Numbered from the stretch's first letter, positions 50,301-63,917 are shown. The stretch: 64,000 bases of DNA from Eledone cirrhosa (GCA_964016885.1 OZ024751.1:4340001-4404000); one strand, 5' to 3'. Translations and numbers: made by a program. Notes: generated from the letters alone by a model not told the origin.

Positions 50301-53300
50301 ACAAAGATCGAAAATGTAAACACTGCAACGCAGAGAAAAACATTAGCGTAACCAAATTATCAGTTATGTCTGTCTGCACGCCTATATCACCTCTCTACAC
50401 GACTGTCTGTCTGCACGCCTATATCACCTCTTTGCACGCCTATATCACCTCTCTGCACGACTGTCTGTCTGCACGCCTATATCACCTCTCTGCACGATTG
50501 TCTGTCTGCACGCCTATATCACCTCTCTGCACAACTGTCTGTCTGCACGACTGTCTGTCTGCACGCCTAACGACGAAATATTTGCTTGTTTTACGTAGTC
50601 TTTAAATAGACTTGTTTTCACGTAAAAATATTGTTCTAAAATGCTTTTAAATGGAAATGAAGCAAAACGGAAGCTTAGTGTTCGAACTGATGAATTTTGC
50701 AGGTCAATATTTTGCTGGCTCGACAACTGTCTGTTCGTGTATCGTGTTAATGTCATTTTAAACGCTGAGAAAGCCAGCGTAATCTTTTACGTAAGACGCT
50801 CAATGTAAACAGAACAAAGGGAAATAACTGATAACCTACGCTCAAAAATCGATACATTATATTCGATTTCGTCACATAGGGTGGGTCAATTTGAAATTTA
50901 TTTTTTCCGATGTCTTCGCTACGACTCAATGTACAAGTATAGCAATTTCGGTGCAATTCCGTGAGAGATTCTAAGAGGAGATGTGTGCCAAAAATCGATA
51001 GACAGACAGACAACCACAGTTTTATATATATAGAAGCAGTAAAGCTCGGCGTTGCTCTCGGTCGCTCAGTAGCTGTGTTAAAGTTACAATGTTAAGTTTC
51101 TTTCTTGGCTTAAAAACTGTAGTGTCTACTGTGCAGACTTGCATGTGGTGTTTTTGATTAATATTCCCTCAACCAACAATATGCCTTATGAAGTTAAGAA
51201 AACATAACGATAACCCGAATGTTATAACAAAAGAGGATGCTGGGGATAGAAACTGCACTGGTTATTTATTAACATAGATCGAAAATGTAAACACTGCAAC
51301 GCAGAGAAAAACATTACCGTAACCAAATTATCAGTTATGTCTGTCTGCACGCCTATATCACCTCTTTGCACGCCTATATCACCTCTCTGCACGACTGTCT
51401 GTCTGCACGCCTATATCACCTCTCTGCACGCCTATATCACCTCTCTGCACGACTGTCTGTCTGCACGCCTATATCACCTCTCTGCACGACTGTCTGTCTG
51501 CAGGACTGTCTGTCTGCACGAATGTCTGTCTGCACGCCTAACGACGAAATATTTGCTGGTTTTACGTAGTCTTTAAATAGACTTGTTTTCAAGTAAAAAT
51601 ATTGTTTTAAAATGCTTTTAAATGGAAATGAAGCCAAACGGAAGATTAGTGTTCGAACTGATGAATTTTGCAGGTCAATATTTTGCTGGCTCGACAACTG
51701 TCTGTTCGTGTATTGTGTTAATGTCATTTTAAACGCTGAGAAAGCCAGCGTAATTTTTTACGTAAGACGCTCAATGTAAACAGAACAAAGGGAAATAACT
51801 GATAACTTACGCTCAAAAATCGATACATTATATTCGATTTCGTCACATAGGGTGGGTCAATTTGAAATTTCTTTTTTCCGATGTCTTTGCTAGGACTCAA
51901 TGTACAAGTATAGCAATTTCGGTGCAATTCCGTGAGAGATTCTAAGAGGAGATGTGTGCCAAAAATCGATAGACAGACAGACAACCACAGTTTTATATAT
52001 ATAGAAGCAGTAAAGCCCGGCGTTGCTCGGGGTCGCTCAGTAGCTGTGTTAAAGTTACAATGTTAAGTTTCTTTTTTGGCTTAAAAACTGTAGTGTCTAC
52101 TGTGCAGACTTGCATGTGGTGTTTTTGATTAATATTCCCTCAACCAACAATATGCCTTATGAAGTTAAGAAAACATAACGATAACCCGAATGTTATAACA
52201 AAAGAGGATGCTGGGGATAGAAACTGCACTGGTTATTTATTAACAAAGATCGAAAATGTAAACACTGCAACGCAGAGAAAAACATTAGCGTAACCAAATT
52301 ATCAGTTATGTCTGTCTGCACGCCTATATCACCTCTCTGCACGACTGTCTGTCTCCACGCCTATATCACCTCTCTGCACGACTGTCTGTCTGCACGCCTA
52401 TATCACCTCTCTGCACGACTGTCTGTCTGCACGCCTATATCACCTCTCTGCACAACTGTCTGTCTGCACGACTGTCTGTCTGCACGCCTAACGACGAAAT
52501 ATTTGCTTGTTTTACGTAGTCTTTAAATAGACTTGTTTTCAAGTAAAAATATTGTTTTAAAATGCTTTTAAATGGAAATGAAGCCAAACGGAAGATTAGT
52601 GTTCGAACTGATGAATTTTGCAGGTCAATATTTTGCTGGCTCGACAACTGTCTGTTCGTGTATTGTGTTAATGTCATTTTAAACGCTGAGAAAGCCAGCG
52701 TATTTTTTTACGTAAGACGCTCAATGTAAACAGAACAAAGGGAAATAACTGATAACTTACGCTCAAAAATCGATACATTATATTCGATTTCGTCACATAG
52801 GGTGGGTCAATTTGAAATTTTTTTTTTCAGATGTCTTCGTTAGGACTCAATGTACAAGTATAGCAATTTCGGTGCAATTCCGTGAGAGATTCTAAGAGGA
52901 GATGTGTGCCAAAAATCGATAGACAGACAGACAACCACAGTTTTATATATATAGAAGCAGTAAAGCTCGGCGTTGCTCGGGGTCGCTCAGTAGCTGTGTT
53001 AAAGTTACAATGTTAAGTTTCTTTCTTGGCTTAAAAACTGTAGTGTCTACTGTGCAGACTTGCATGTGGTGTTTTTGATTACTATTCCCTCAACCAACAA
53101 TATGCCTTATGAAGTTAAGAAAACATAACGATAACCCGAATGTTATAACAAAAGAGGATGCTGGGGATAGAAACTGCACTGGTTATTTATTAACAAAGAT
53201 CGAAAATGTAAACTCTGCAACGCAGAGAAAAACATTAGCGTAACCAAATTATCAGTTATGTCTGTCTGCACGCCTATATCACCTCTTTTCACGCCTATAT

Positions 53301-56300
53301 CACCTCTCTGCACGACTGTCTGTCTGCACGCCTATATCACCTCTTTGCACGCCTATATCACCTCTCTGCACGACTGTCTGTCTGCACGCCTATATCACCT
53401 CTCTGCACGACTGTCTGTCTGCACGCCTATATCACCTCTCTGCACGACTATCGGTCTGCACGCGTATATCACCTCTCTGCACGACTGTCTGTCTGCACGC
53501 CTAACGACGAAATATTTGCTTGTTTTACGTAGTCTTTAAATAGACTTGTTTTCAAGTAAAAATATTGTTTTAAAATGCTTTTAAATGGAAATGAAGCAAA
53601 ACGGATGCTTAGTGTTCGAACTGATGAATTTTGCAGGTCAATATTTTGCTGGCTCGACAACTGTCTGTTCGTGTATTGCGTTTAATGTCATTTTAAACGC
53701 TGAGAAAGCCAGCGTAATTTTTTACGTAAGAGGCTCAATGTAAATAGAACAAAGGGAAATAACTGATAACTTACGCTCAAAAATCGATACATTATATTCG
53801 ATTTCGTCACATAGGGTGGGTCAATTTGAAATTTTTTTTTTCCGATGTCTTCGCTAGGGCTCAATGTACAAGTATAGCAATTTCGGTGCAATTCCGTGAG
53901 AGATTCTAAGAGGAGATGTGTGCCAAAAATCGATAGACAGACAGACAACCACAGTTTTATATATATAGAAGCAGTAAAGCCCGGCGTTGCTCGGGGTCGC
54001 TCAGTAGCTGTGTTAAAGTTACAATGTTAAGTTTCATTCTTGGCTTAAAAACTGTAGTGTCTACTGTGCAGACTTGCATGTGGTGTTTTTGATTAATATT
54101 CCCTCAACCAACAATATGCCTTATGAAGTTAAGAAAACATAACGATAACCCGAATGTTATAACAAAAGAGGATGCTGGGGATAGAAACTGCACTGGTTAT
54201 TTATTAACAAAGATCGAAAATGTAAACACTGCAACGCAGAGAAAAACATTAGCGTAACCAAATTATCAGTTATGTCTGTCTGCACGCCTATATCACCTCT
54301 CTGCACGCCTATATCACCTCTTTGCACGCCTATATCACCTCTCTGCACGACTGTCTGTCTGCACGCCTATATCACCTCTCTGCACGATTGTCTGTCTGCA
54401 CGCGTATATCACCTCTCTGCACGACTGTCTGTCTGCACGCCTAACGAACGAAATATTTGCTGGTTTTACGTAGTCTTTAAATAGACTTGTTTTCAAGTAA
54501 AAATATTGTTTTAAAATGCTTTTAAATGGAAATGAAGCAAAACGGAAGCTTAGTGTTCGAACTGATGAATTTTGCAGGTCAATATTTTGCTGGCTCGACA
54601 ACTGTCTGTTCGTGTATTGTGTTAATGTCATTTTAAACGCTGAGAAAGCCAGCGTAATTTTTTACGTAAGACGCTCAATGTAAACAGAACAAAGGGAAAT
54701 AACTGATAACTTACGCTCAAAAATCGATACATTATATTCGATTTCGTCACATAGGGTGGGTCAATTTGAAATTTTTTTTTTCCGATGTCTTCGCTTGGGC
54801 TCAATGTACAAGTATAGCAATTTCGGTGCAATTCCGTGAGAGATTCTAAGAGGAGATGTATGCCAAAAATCGATAGACAGACAGACAACCACAGTCTTAT
54901 ATATATAGAAGCAGTAAAGCCCGGCGTTGCTCGGGGTCGTTCAGTAGCTGTGTTAAAGTTACAATGTTAAGTTTCTTTCTTGGCTTAAAAACTGTAGTGT
55001 CTACTGTGCAGACTTGCATGTGGTGTTTTTGATTAATATTCCCTCAACCAACAATATGCCTTATGAAGTTAAGAAAACATAACGATAACCCGAATGTTAT
55101 AAGAAAAGAGGATGCTGGGGATAGAAACTGCACTGGTTATTTATTAACAAAGATCGAAAATGTAAACACTGCAACGCAGAGAAAAACATTAGCGTAACCA
55201 AATTATCAGTTATGTCTGTCTGCACGCCTATATCACCTCTCTGCACGACTGTCTGTCTGCACGCCTATATCACCTCTCTGCACGACTATCTGTTTGCACG
55301 CGTATATCACCTCTCTGCACGACTGTCTGTCTGCACGCCTAACGACGAAATATTTGCCTGTTTTACGTAGTCTTTAAATAGACTTGTTTTCAAGTAAAAA
55401 TATTGTTTTAAAATGCTTTTAAATGGAAATGAAGCGAAACGGAAGCTTAGTGTTCGAACTGATGAATTTTGCAGGTTAATATTTTGCTGGCTCGACAACT
55501 GTCTGTTCGTGTATTGTGTTAATGTCATTTTAAACGCTGAGAAAGCCAGCGTAATTTTTTACGTAAGACGCTCAATGTAAACAGAACAAAGGGAAATAAC
55601 TGATAACTTACGCTCAAAAATCGATACATTATATTCGATTTCGTCACATAGGGTGGGTCAATTTGAAATTTTCTTTTTCCGATGTCTTCGCTAGGGCTCA
55701 ATGTACAAGTATAGCAATTTCGGTGCAATTCCGTGAGAGATTCTAAGAGGAGATGTGTGCCAAAAATCGATAGACAGACAGACAACCACAGTTTTATATA
55801 TATAGAAGCAGTAAAGCCCGGCGTTGCTCGGAGTCGCTCAGTAGCTGTGTTAAAGTTACAATGTTAAGTTTCTTTCTTGGCTTAAAAACTGTAGTGTCTA
55901 CTGTGCAGACTTGCATGTGGTGTTTTTGATTAATATTCCCTCAACCAACAATATGCCTTATGAAGTTAAGAAAACATAACGATAACCCGAATATTATAAC
56001 AAAAGAGGATGCTGGGGATAGAAACTGCACTGGTTATTTATTAACAAAGATCGAAAATGTAAACACTGCAACGCAAAGAAAAACATTAGCGTAACCAAAT
56101 TATCAGTTATGTCTGTCTGCACGCCTATATCACCTCTCTGCACGACTGTCTGTCTGCACGCCTATATCACCTCTCTGCACGACTGTCTGTCTGCACGCCT
56201 ATATCACCTCTCTGCACGACTGTCTGTCTGCACGACTGTCTGTCTGCACGCCTAACGACGAAATATTTGCTTGTTTTACGTAGTATTTAAATAGACTTGT

Positions 56301-59300
56301 TTTCAAGTAAAAATATTGTTTTAAAATGCTTTTAAATGGAAATGAATCAAAACGGAAGCTTAGTGTTCGAACTGATGAATTTTGCAGGTCAATATTTTGC
56401 TGGCTCGACAACTGTCTGTTCGTGTATCGTGTTAATGTCATTTTAAACGCTGAGAAAGCCAGCGTAATCTTTTACGTAAGACGCTCAATGTAAACAGAAC
56501 AAAGGGAAATAACTGATAACCTACGCTCAAAAATCGATACATTATATTCGATCTGGTCACATAGGGTGGGTCAATTTGAAATTTTTTTTTTCCGATGTCT
56601 TCGCTAGGACTCAATGTTCAAGTATAGCAATTTCGGTGCAATTCCGTGAGAGATTCTAAGAGGAGATGTGTGCCAAAAATCGATAGACAGACAGACAACC
56701 ACAGTTTTATATATATAGAAGCAGTAAAGCTCGGCGTTGCTCGGGGTCGCTCAGTAGCTGTGTTAAAGTAACAATGTTAAGTTTCTCTTTTGGATTAAAA
56801 ACTGTAGTGTCTACTGTGCAGACTTGCATGTGGTGTTTTTGATTAATATTCCCTCAACCAACAATATGCCTTATGAAGTTAAGAAAACATAACGATAACC
56901 CGAATGTTATAACAAAAGAGGATGCTGGGGATAGAAACTGCACTGGTTATTTATTAACAAAGATCGAAAATGTAAACACTGCAACGCAGAGAAAAACATT
57001 AGCGTAACCAAATTATCAGTTATGTCTGTCTGCACGCCTATATCACCTCTCTGCACGACTGTCTGTCTGCACGCCTATATCACCTCTCTGCACGATTGTC
57101 TGTCTGCACGCGTATATCACCTCTCTGCACGACTGTCTGTCTGCACGCCTAACGACGAAATATTTGCTTGTTTTACGTAGTCTTTAAATAGACTTGTTTT
57201 CAAGTAAAAATATTGTTTTAAAATGCTTTTAAATGGAAATGAAGCAAAACGGAAGCTTAGTGTTCGAACTGATGAATTTTGCAGGTCAATATTTTGCTGG
57301 CTCGACAACTGTCTGTTCGTGTATTGTGTTAATGTCATTTTAAACGCTGAGAAAGCCAGCGTAATTTTTTACGTAAGACGCTCAATGTAAACAGAACAAA
57401 GGGAAATAACTGATAACTTACGCTCAAAAATCGATACATTATATTCGATTTCGTCACATAGGGTGGGTCAATTTGAAATTTTTTTTCCGATGTCTTCGCT
57501 AGGGCTCAATGTACAAGTATAGCAATTTCGGTGCAATTCCGTGAGAGATTCTAAGAGGAGATGTGTGCCAAAAATCGATAGACAGACAGACAACCACAGT
57601 TTTATATATATAGAAGCAGTAAAGCCCGGCGTTGCTCGGGGTCGCTCAGTAGCTGTGTTAAAGTTACAATGTTAAGTTTCTTTCTTGGCTTAAAAACTGT
57701 AGTGTCTACTGTGCAGACTTGCATGTGGTGTTTTTGATTAATATTCCCTCAACCAACAATATGCCTTATGAAGTTAAGAAAACATAACGATAACCCGAAT
57801 GTTATAACAAAAGAGGATGCTGGGGATAGAAACTGCACTGGTTATTTATTGACAAAGATCGAAAATGTAAACACTGCAACGCAAAGAAAAACATTAGCGT
57901 AACCAAATTATCAGTTATGTCTGTCTGCACGCCTATATCACCTCTCTGCACGACTGTCTGTCTGCACGCCTATATCACCTCTCTGCACGACTGTCTGTCT
58001 GCACGCCTATATCACCTCTCTGCACGATTGTCTGTCTGCACGCGTATATCACCTCTCTGCACGACTGTCTGTCTGCACGCCTAACGACGAAATATTTGCT
58101 TGTTTTACGTAGTCTTTAAATAGACTTGTTTTCAAGTAAAAATATTGTTTTAAAATGCTTTTAAATGGAAATGAAGCAAAACGGAAGCTTAGTGTTCGAA
58201 CTGATGAATTTTGCAGGTCAATATTTTGCTGGCTCGACAACTGTCTGTTCGTGTATTGTGTTAATGTCATTTTAAACGCTGAGAAAGCCAGCGTAATTTT
58301 TTACGTAAGACGCTCAATGTAAACAGAACAAAGGGAAATAACTGATAACTTACGCTCAAAAATCGATACATTATATTCGATTTCGTCACATAGGGTGGGT
58401 CAATTTGAAATTTTTTTTCCGATGTCTTCGCTAGGGCTCAATGTACAAGTATAGCAATTTCGGTGCAATTCCGTGAGAGATTCTAAGAGGAGATGTGTGC
58501 CAAAAATCGATAGACAAACAGACAACCACAGTTTTATATATATATAGAAGCAGTAAAGCCCGGCGTTGCTCGGGGTCGCTCAGTAGCTGTGTTAAAGTTA
58601 CAATGTTAAGTTTCTTTCTTGGCTTAAAAACTGTAGTGTCTACTGTGCAGACTTGCATGTGGTGTTTTTGATTAATATTCCTTCAACCAACAATATGCCT
58701 TATGAAGTTAAGAAAACATAACGATAACCCGAATGTTATAACAAAAGAGGATGCTGGGGATAGAAACTGCACTGGTTATTTATTAACAAAGATCGAAAAT
58801 GTAAACACTGCAACGCAGAGAAAAATATTAGCGTAACCAAATTATAAGTTATGTCTGTCTGCACGCCTATATCACCTCTCTGCACGCCTATATCACCTCT
58901 CTGCACGACTGTCTGTCTGCACGCCTATATCACCTCTCTGCACGACTGTCTGTCTGCACGCCTATATCACCTCTCTGCACGACTATCCGTCTGCACGCGT
59001 ATATCACCTCTCTGCACGACTGTCTGTCTGCACGCGTATATCACCTCTCTGCACGATGTCTGTCTGCACGACTGTCTGTCTGCACGCCTAACGACGAAAT
59101 ATTTGCTTGTTTTACGTAGTCTTTAAATAGACTTGTTTTCAAGTAAAAATATTGTTTTAAAATGCTTTTAAATGGAAATGAAGCAAAACGGAAGCTTAGT
59201 GTTCGAACTGATGAATTTTGCAGGTCAATATTTTGCTGGCTCGACAACTGTCTGTTCGTGTATTGTGTTAATGTCATTTTAAACGCTGAGAAAGCCAGCG

Positions 59301-62300
59301 TAATTTTTTACGTAAGACGCTCAATGTAAACAGAACAAAGGGAAATAACTGATAACTTACGCTCAAAAATCGATACATTATATTCGATTTCGTCACATAG
59401 GGTGGGTCAATTTGAAATTTTTTTTTTCCGATGTCTTCGCTTGGGCTCAATGTACAAGTATAGCAATTTCGGTGCAATTCCGTGAGAGATTCTAAGAGGA
59501 GATGTATGCCAAAAATCGATAGACAGACAGACAACCACAGTTTTATATATATAGAAGCAGTAAAGCCCGGCGTTGCTCGGGGTCGCTCAGTAGCTGTGTT
59601 AAAGTTACAATGTTAAGTTTCTCTTTTGGATTAAAAACTTTAGTGTCTACTGTGCAGACTTGCATGTGGTGTTTTTGATTAATATTCCCTCAACCAACAA
59701 TATGCCCTATGAAGTTAAGAAAACATAACGATAACCCGAATGTTATAACAAAAGAGGATGCTGGGGATAGAAACTGCACTGGTTATTTATTAACAAAGAT
59801 CGAAAATGTAAACACTGCAACGCAGAGAAAAACATTAGCGTAACCAAATTATCAGTTATGTCTGTCTGCACGCCTATATCACCTCTCTGCACGACTGTCT
59901 GTCTGCACGCCTATATCACCTCTCTGCACGACTGTCTGTCTGCACGCCTATATCACCTCTCTGCACGACTGTCTGTCTGCACGACTGTCTGTCTGCACGC
60001 CTAACGACGAAATATTTGCTTGTTTTACGTAGTATTTAAATAGACTTGTTTTCAAGTAAAAATATTGTTTTAAAATGCTTTTAAATGGAAATGAAACAAA
60101 ACGGAAGCTTAGTGTTCGAACTGATGAATTTTGCAGGTCAATATTTTGCTGGCTCGACAACTGTCTGTTCGTGTATTGTGTTAATGTCATTTTAAACGCT
60201 GAGAAAGCCAGCGTAATTTTTTACGTAAGACGCTCAATGTAAACAGAACAAAGGGAAATAACTGATAACTTACGCTCAAAAATCGATACATTATATTCGA
60301 TTTCGTCACATAGGGTGGGTCAATTTGAAATTTTTTTTTCCGATGTCTTCGCTAGGGCTCAATGTACAAGTATAGCAATTTCGGTGCAATTCCGTGAGAG
60401 ATTCTAAGAGGAGATGTGTGCCAAAAATCGATAGACAGACAGACAACCACAGTTTTATATATATAGAACCAGTAAAGCCCGGCGTTTCTCGGGGTCGCTC
60501 AGTAGCTGTGTTAAAGTTACAATGTTAAGTTTCTTTTTTGGATTAAAAACTTTAGTGTCTACTGTGCAGACTTGCATGTGGTGTTTTTGATTAATATTCC
60601 CTCAACCAACAATATGCCTTATGAAGTTAAGAAAACATAACGATAACCCGAATGTTATAACAAAAGAGGATGCTGGGGATAGAAACTGCACTGGTTATTT
60701 ATTAACAAAGATCGAAAATGTAAACACTGCAACGCAGAGAAAAACATTAGCGTAACCAAATTATCAGTTATGTCTGTCTGCACGCCTATATCACCTCTCT
60801 GCACGACTGTCTGTCTGCACGCCTAACGACGAAATATTTGCTTGTTTTACGTAGTCTTTAAATAGACTTGTTTTCAAGTAAAAATATTGTTTTAAAATGC
60901 TTTTAAATGGAAATGAAGCAAAACGGAAGCTTAGTGTTCGAACTGATGAATTTTGCAGGTCAATATTTTGCTGGCTCGACAACTGTCTGTTCGTGTATTG
61001 TGTTAATGTCATTTTAAACGCTGAGAAAGCCAGCGTAATTTTTTACGTAAGACGCTCAATGTAAACAGAACAAAGGGAAATAACTGATAACTTACGCTCA
61101 AAAATCGATACATTATATTCGATTTCGTCACATAGGGTGGGTCAAATTGAAATTTTTTTTCCGATGTCTTCGCTAGGGCTCAATGTACAAGTATAGCAAT
61201 TTCGGTGCAATTCCGTGAGAGATTCTAAGAGGAGATGTGTGCCAAAAATCGATAGACAGACAGACAACCACAGTTTTATATATATATAGAAGCAGTAAAG
61301 CCCGGCGTTGCTCGGGGTCGCTCAGTAGCTGTGTTAAAGTTACAATGTTAAGTTTCTTTCTTGGCTTAAAAACTGTAGTGTCTACTGTGCAGACTTGCAT
61401 GTGGTGTTTTTGATTAATATTCCTTCAACCAACAATATGCCTTATGAAGTTAAGAAAACATAACGATAACCCGAATGTTATAACAAAAGAGGATGCTGGG
61501 GATAGAAACTGCACTGGTTATTTATTAACAAAGATCGAAAATGTAAACACTGCAACGCAGAGAAAAATATTAGCGTAACCAAATTATAAGTTATGTCTGT
61601 CTGCACGCCTATATCACCTCTCTGCACGCCTATATCACCTCTCTGCACGACTGTCTGTCTGCACGCCTATATCACCTCTCTGCACGACTGTCTGTCTGCA
61701 CGCCTATATCACCTCTCTGCACGACTATCCGTCTGCACGCGTATATCACCTCTCTGCACGACTGTCTGTCTGCACGCGTATATCACCTCTCTGCACGATG
61801 TCTGTCTGCACGACTGTCTGTCTGCACGCCTAACGACGAAATATTTGCTTGTTTTACGTAGTCTTTAAATAGACTTGTTTTCAAGTAAAAATATTGTTTT
61901 AAAATGCTTTTAAATGGAAATGAAGCAAAACGGAAGCTTAGTGTTCGAACTGATGAATTTTGCAGGTCAATATTTTGCTGGCTCGACAACTGTCTGTTCG
62001 TGTATTGTGTTAATGTCATTTTAAACGCTGAGAAAGCCAGCGTAATTTTTTACGTAAGACGCTCAATGTAAACAGAACAAAGGGAAATAACTGATAACTT
62101 ACGCTCAAAAATCGATACATTATATTCGATTTCGTCACATAGGGTGGGTCAATTTGAAATTTTTTTTTTCCGATGTCTTCGCTTGGGCTCAATGTGCAAG
62201 TATAGCAATTTCGGTGCAATTCCGTGAGAGATTCTAAGAGGAGATGTATGCCAAAAATCGATAGACAGACAGACAACCACAGTTTTATATATATAGAAGC

Positions 62301-63297
62301 AGTAAAGCCCGGCGTTGCTCGGGGTCGTTCAGTAGCTGTGTTAAAGTTACAATGTTAAGTTTCTTTCTTGGCTTAAAAACTGTAGTGTCTACTGTGCAGA
62401 CTTGCATGTGGTGTTTTTGATTAATATTCCCTCAACCAACAATATGCCTTATGAAGTTAAGAAAACATAACGATAACCCGAATGTTATAACAAAAGAGGA
62501 TGCTGGGGATAGAAACTGCACTGGTTATTTATTAACAAAGATCGAAAATGTAAACACTGCAACGCAGAGAAAAACATTAGCGTAACCAAATTATCAGTTA
62601 TGTCTGTCTGCACGCTTATATCACCTCTTTGCACGCCTATATCACCTCTTTGCACGCCTATATCACCTCTCTGCACGACTGTCTGTCTGCACGCCTATAT
62701 CACCTCTCTGCACGACTGTCTGTCTGCACGCCTATATCACCTCTCTGCACGACTGTCTGTCTGCACGCGTATATCACCTCTCTGCACGATGTCTGTCTGC
62801 ACGACTGTCTGTCTGCACGCCTAACGACGAAATATTTGCTTGTTTTACGTAGTCTTTAAATAGACTTGTTTTCAAGTAAAAATATTGTTTTAAAATGCTT
62901 TTAAATGGAAATGAAGCAAAACGGAAGCTTAGTGTTCGAACTGATGAATTTTGCAGGTCAATATTTTGCTGGCTCGACAACTGTCTGTTCGTGTATTGTG
63001 TTAATGTCATTTTAAACGCTGAGAAAGCCAGCGTAATTTTTTACGTAAGACGCTCAATGTAAACAGAACAAAGGGAAATAACTGATAACTTACGCTCAAA
63101 AATCGATACATTATATTCGATTTCGTCACATAGGGTGGGTCAATTTGAAATTTTTTTTCCCGATGTCTTCGCTAGGGCTCAATGTACAAGTATAGCAATT
63201 TCGGTGCAATTCCGTGAGAGATTCTAAGAGGAGATGTGTGCCAAAAATCGATAGACAGACAGACAACCACAGTTTTATATATATAGATTAGACACAC

Positions 63298-63917
63298 ATA
63301 GAAGTGGTTGATAGCTTTTGCAATCTAGGTGACTTAATTAGCAGTGGAGGAGGCTGCTCTGACAGATGAATAGCTAGAATAAGGATAGGATGGAAAAAGT
63401 TTAGAGAGCTACTGCAACAGTTGACCACAAAAGGTTTCTTTCTCTGTACAAAAGGACAACTGTATGTCACATGTGGGTGATGTGCAATGATGTATGGTAA
63501 CGAAACAAGGGCTGTGACTGATAAGATATGTAGACTGGAGAGAAATGAAGCAACCATGCTTTGTAGGATATGTTGTGTAAGGTAGAGCTTGGACAAGTTC
63601 AAGAAGAAGCTGGGTTTAAGAGTGATCTGAAGTGGTGTGTAAGAGAGAAGACTGTGTTTGTATGGATATGTGATGCACATGGATAACGACCACTGGGTGA
63701 TGAAGTGCCAGGAAATCCCAGTAGAAGGAAGCCATAGTAGAGGTAGACCAAGAAAGACCTGGACAGAGGCTGTGTGAACTGACTTCAAATAACTGACTCT
63801 CACAGAGGACATGACAAAGGAACACGTGTTGAAAGATGCCATGTTGAGAAGGACCTGTCCAACCAAGCAAACATGTAAAACAGACATAAAGACAGTGATG
63901 ATGTTGATGACGATGAC
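63298..63917 (+). mobile_element. degenerate RTE LINE 3' fragment, paralogous to 1-232
   Basis: IEVVDSFCNLGDLISSGGGCS, GWKKFRELL and GRPRKTW motifs with stops, and a (GAT)n tail. Confidence 0.85.

Larger units (their letters stand above)
22890..63287 (-). mobile_element. tandem array (macrosatellite) of 43 non-autonomous Helitron units, ~0.82-1.01 kb each
   Basis: Each minus-strand unit starts TCTATATATATAAAACTGTGGTTGTCTGTCT and ends in hairpin CCCGAGCAACGCCGGG + CTTTACTG. The array terminates with CTAG at 22893-22890 and is inserted between A and T with no TSD. The count of 43 comes from recurring landmarks. Confidence 0.9.

Noticed and set aside
22890-63287. Dozens of recurring short ORFs (MTLTQYTNRQ..., MQVCTVDTT..., MSVCTPISPL...)
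   Set aside because: They are by-products of the repeat: frames open and close with poly-T length and VNTR number, many use non-ATG starts, and none shows a recognisable domain or RepHel motif.
22890-63287. Tandem RNA-gene cluster (5S, tRNA, snRNA) or histone repeat
   Set aside because: No recognisable RNA gene or histone ORF is present in the unit, and the termini fit a Helitron.
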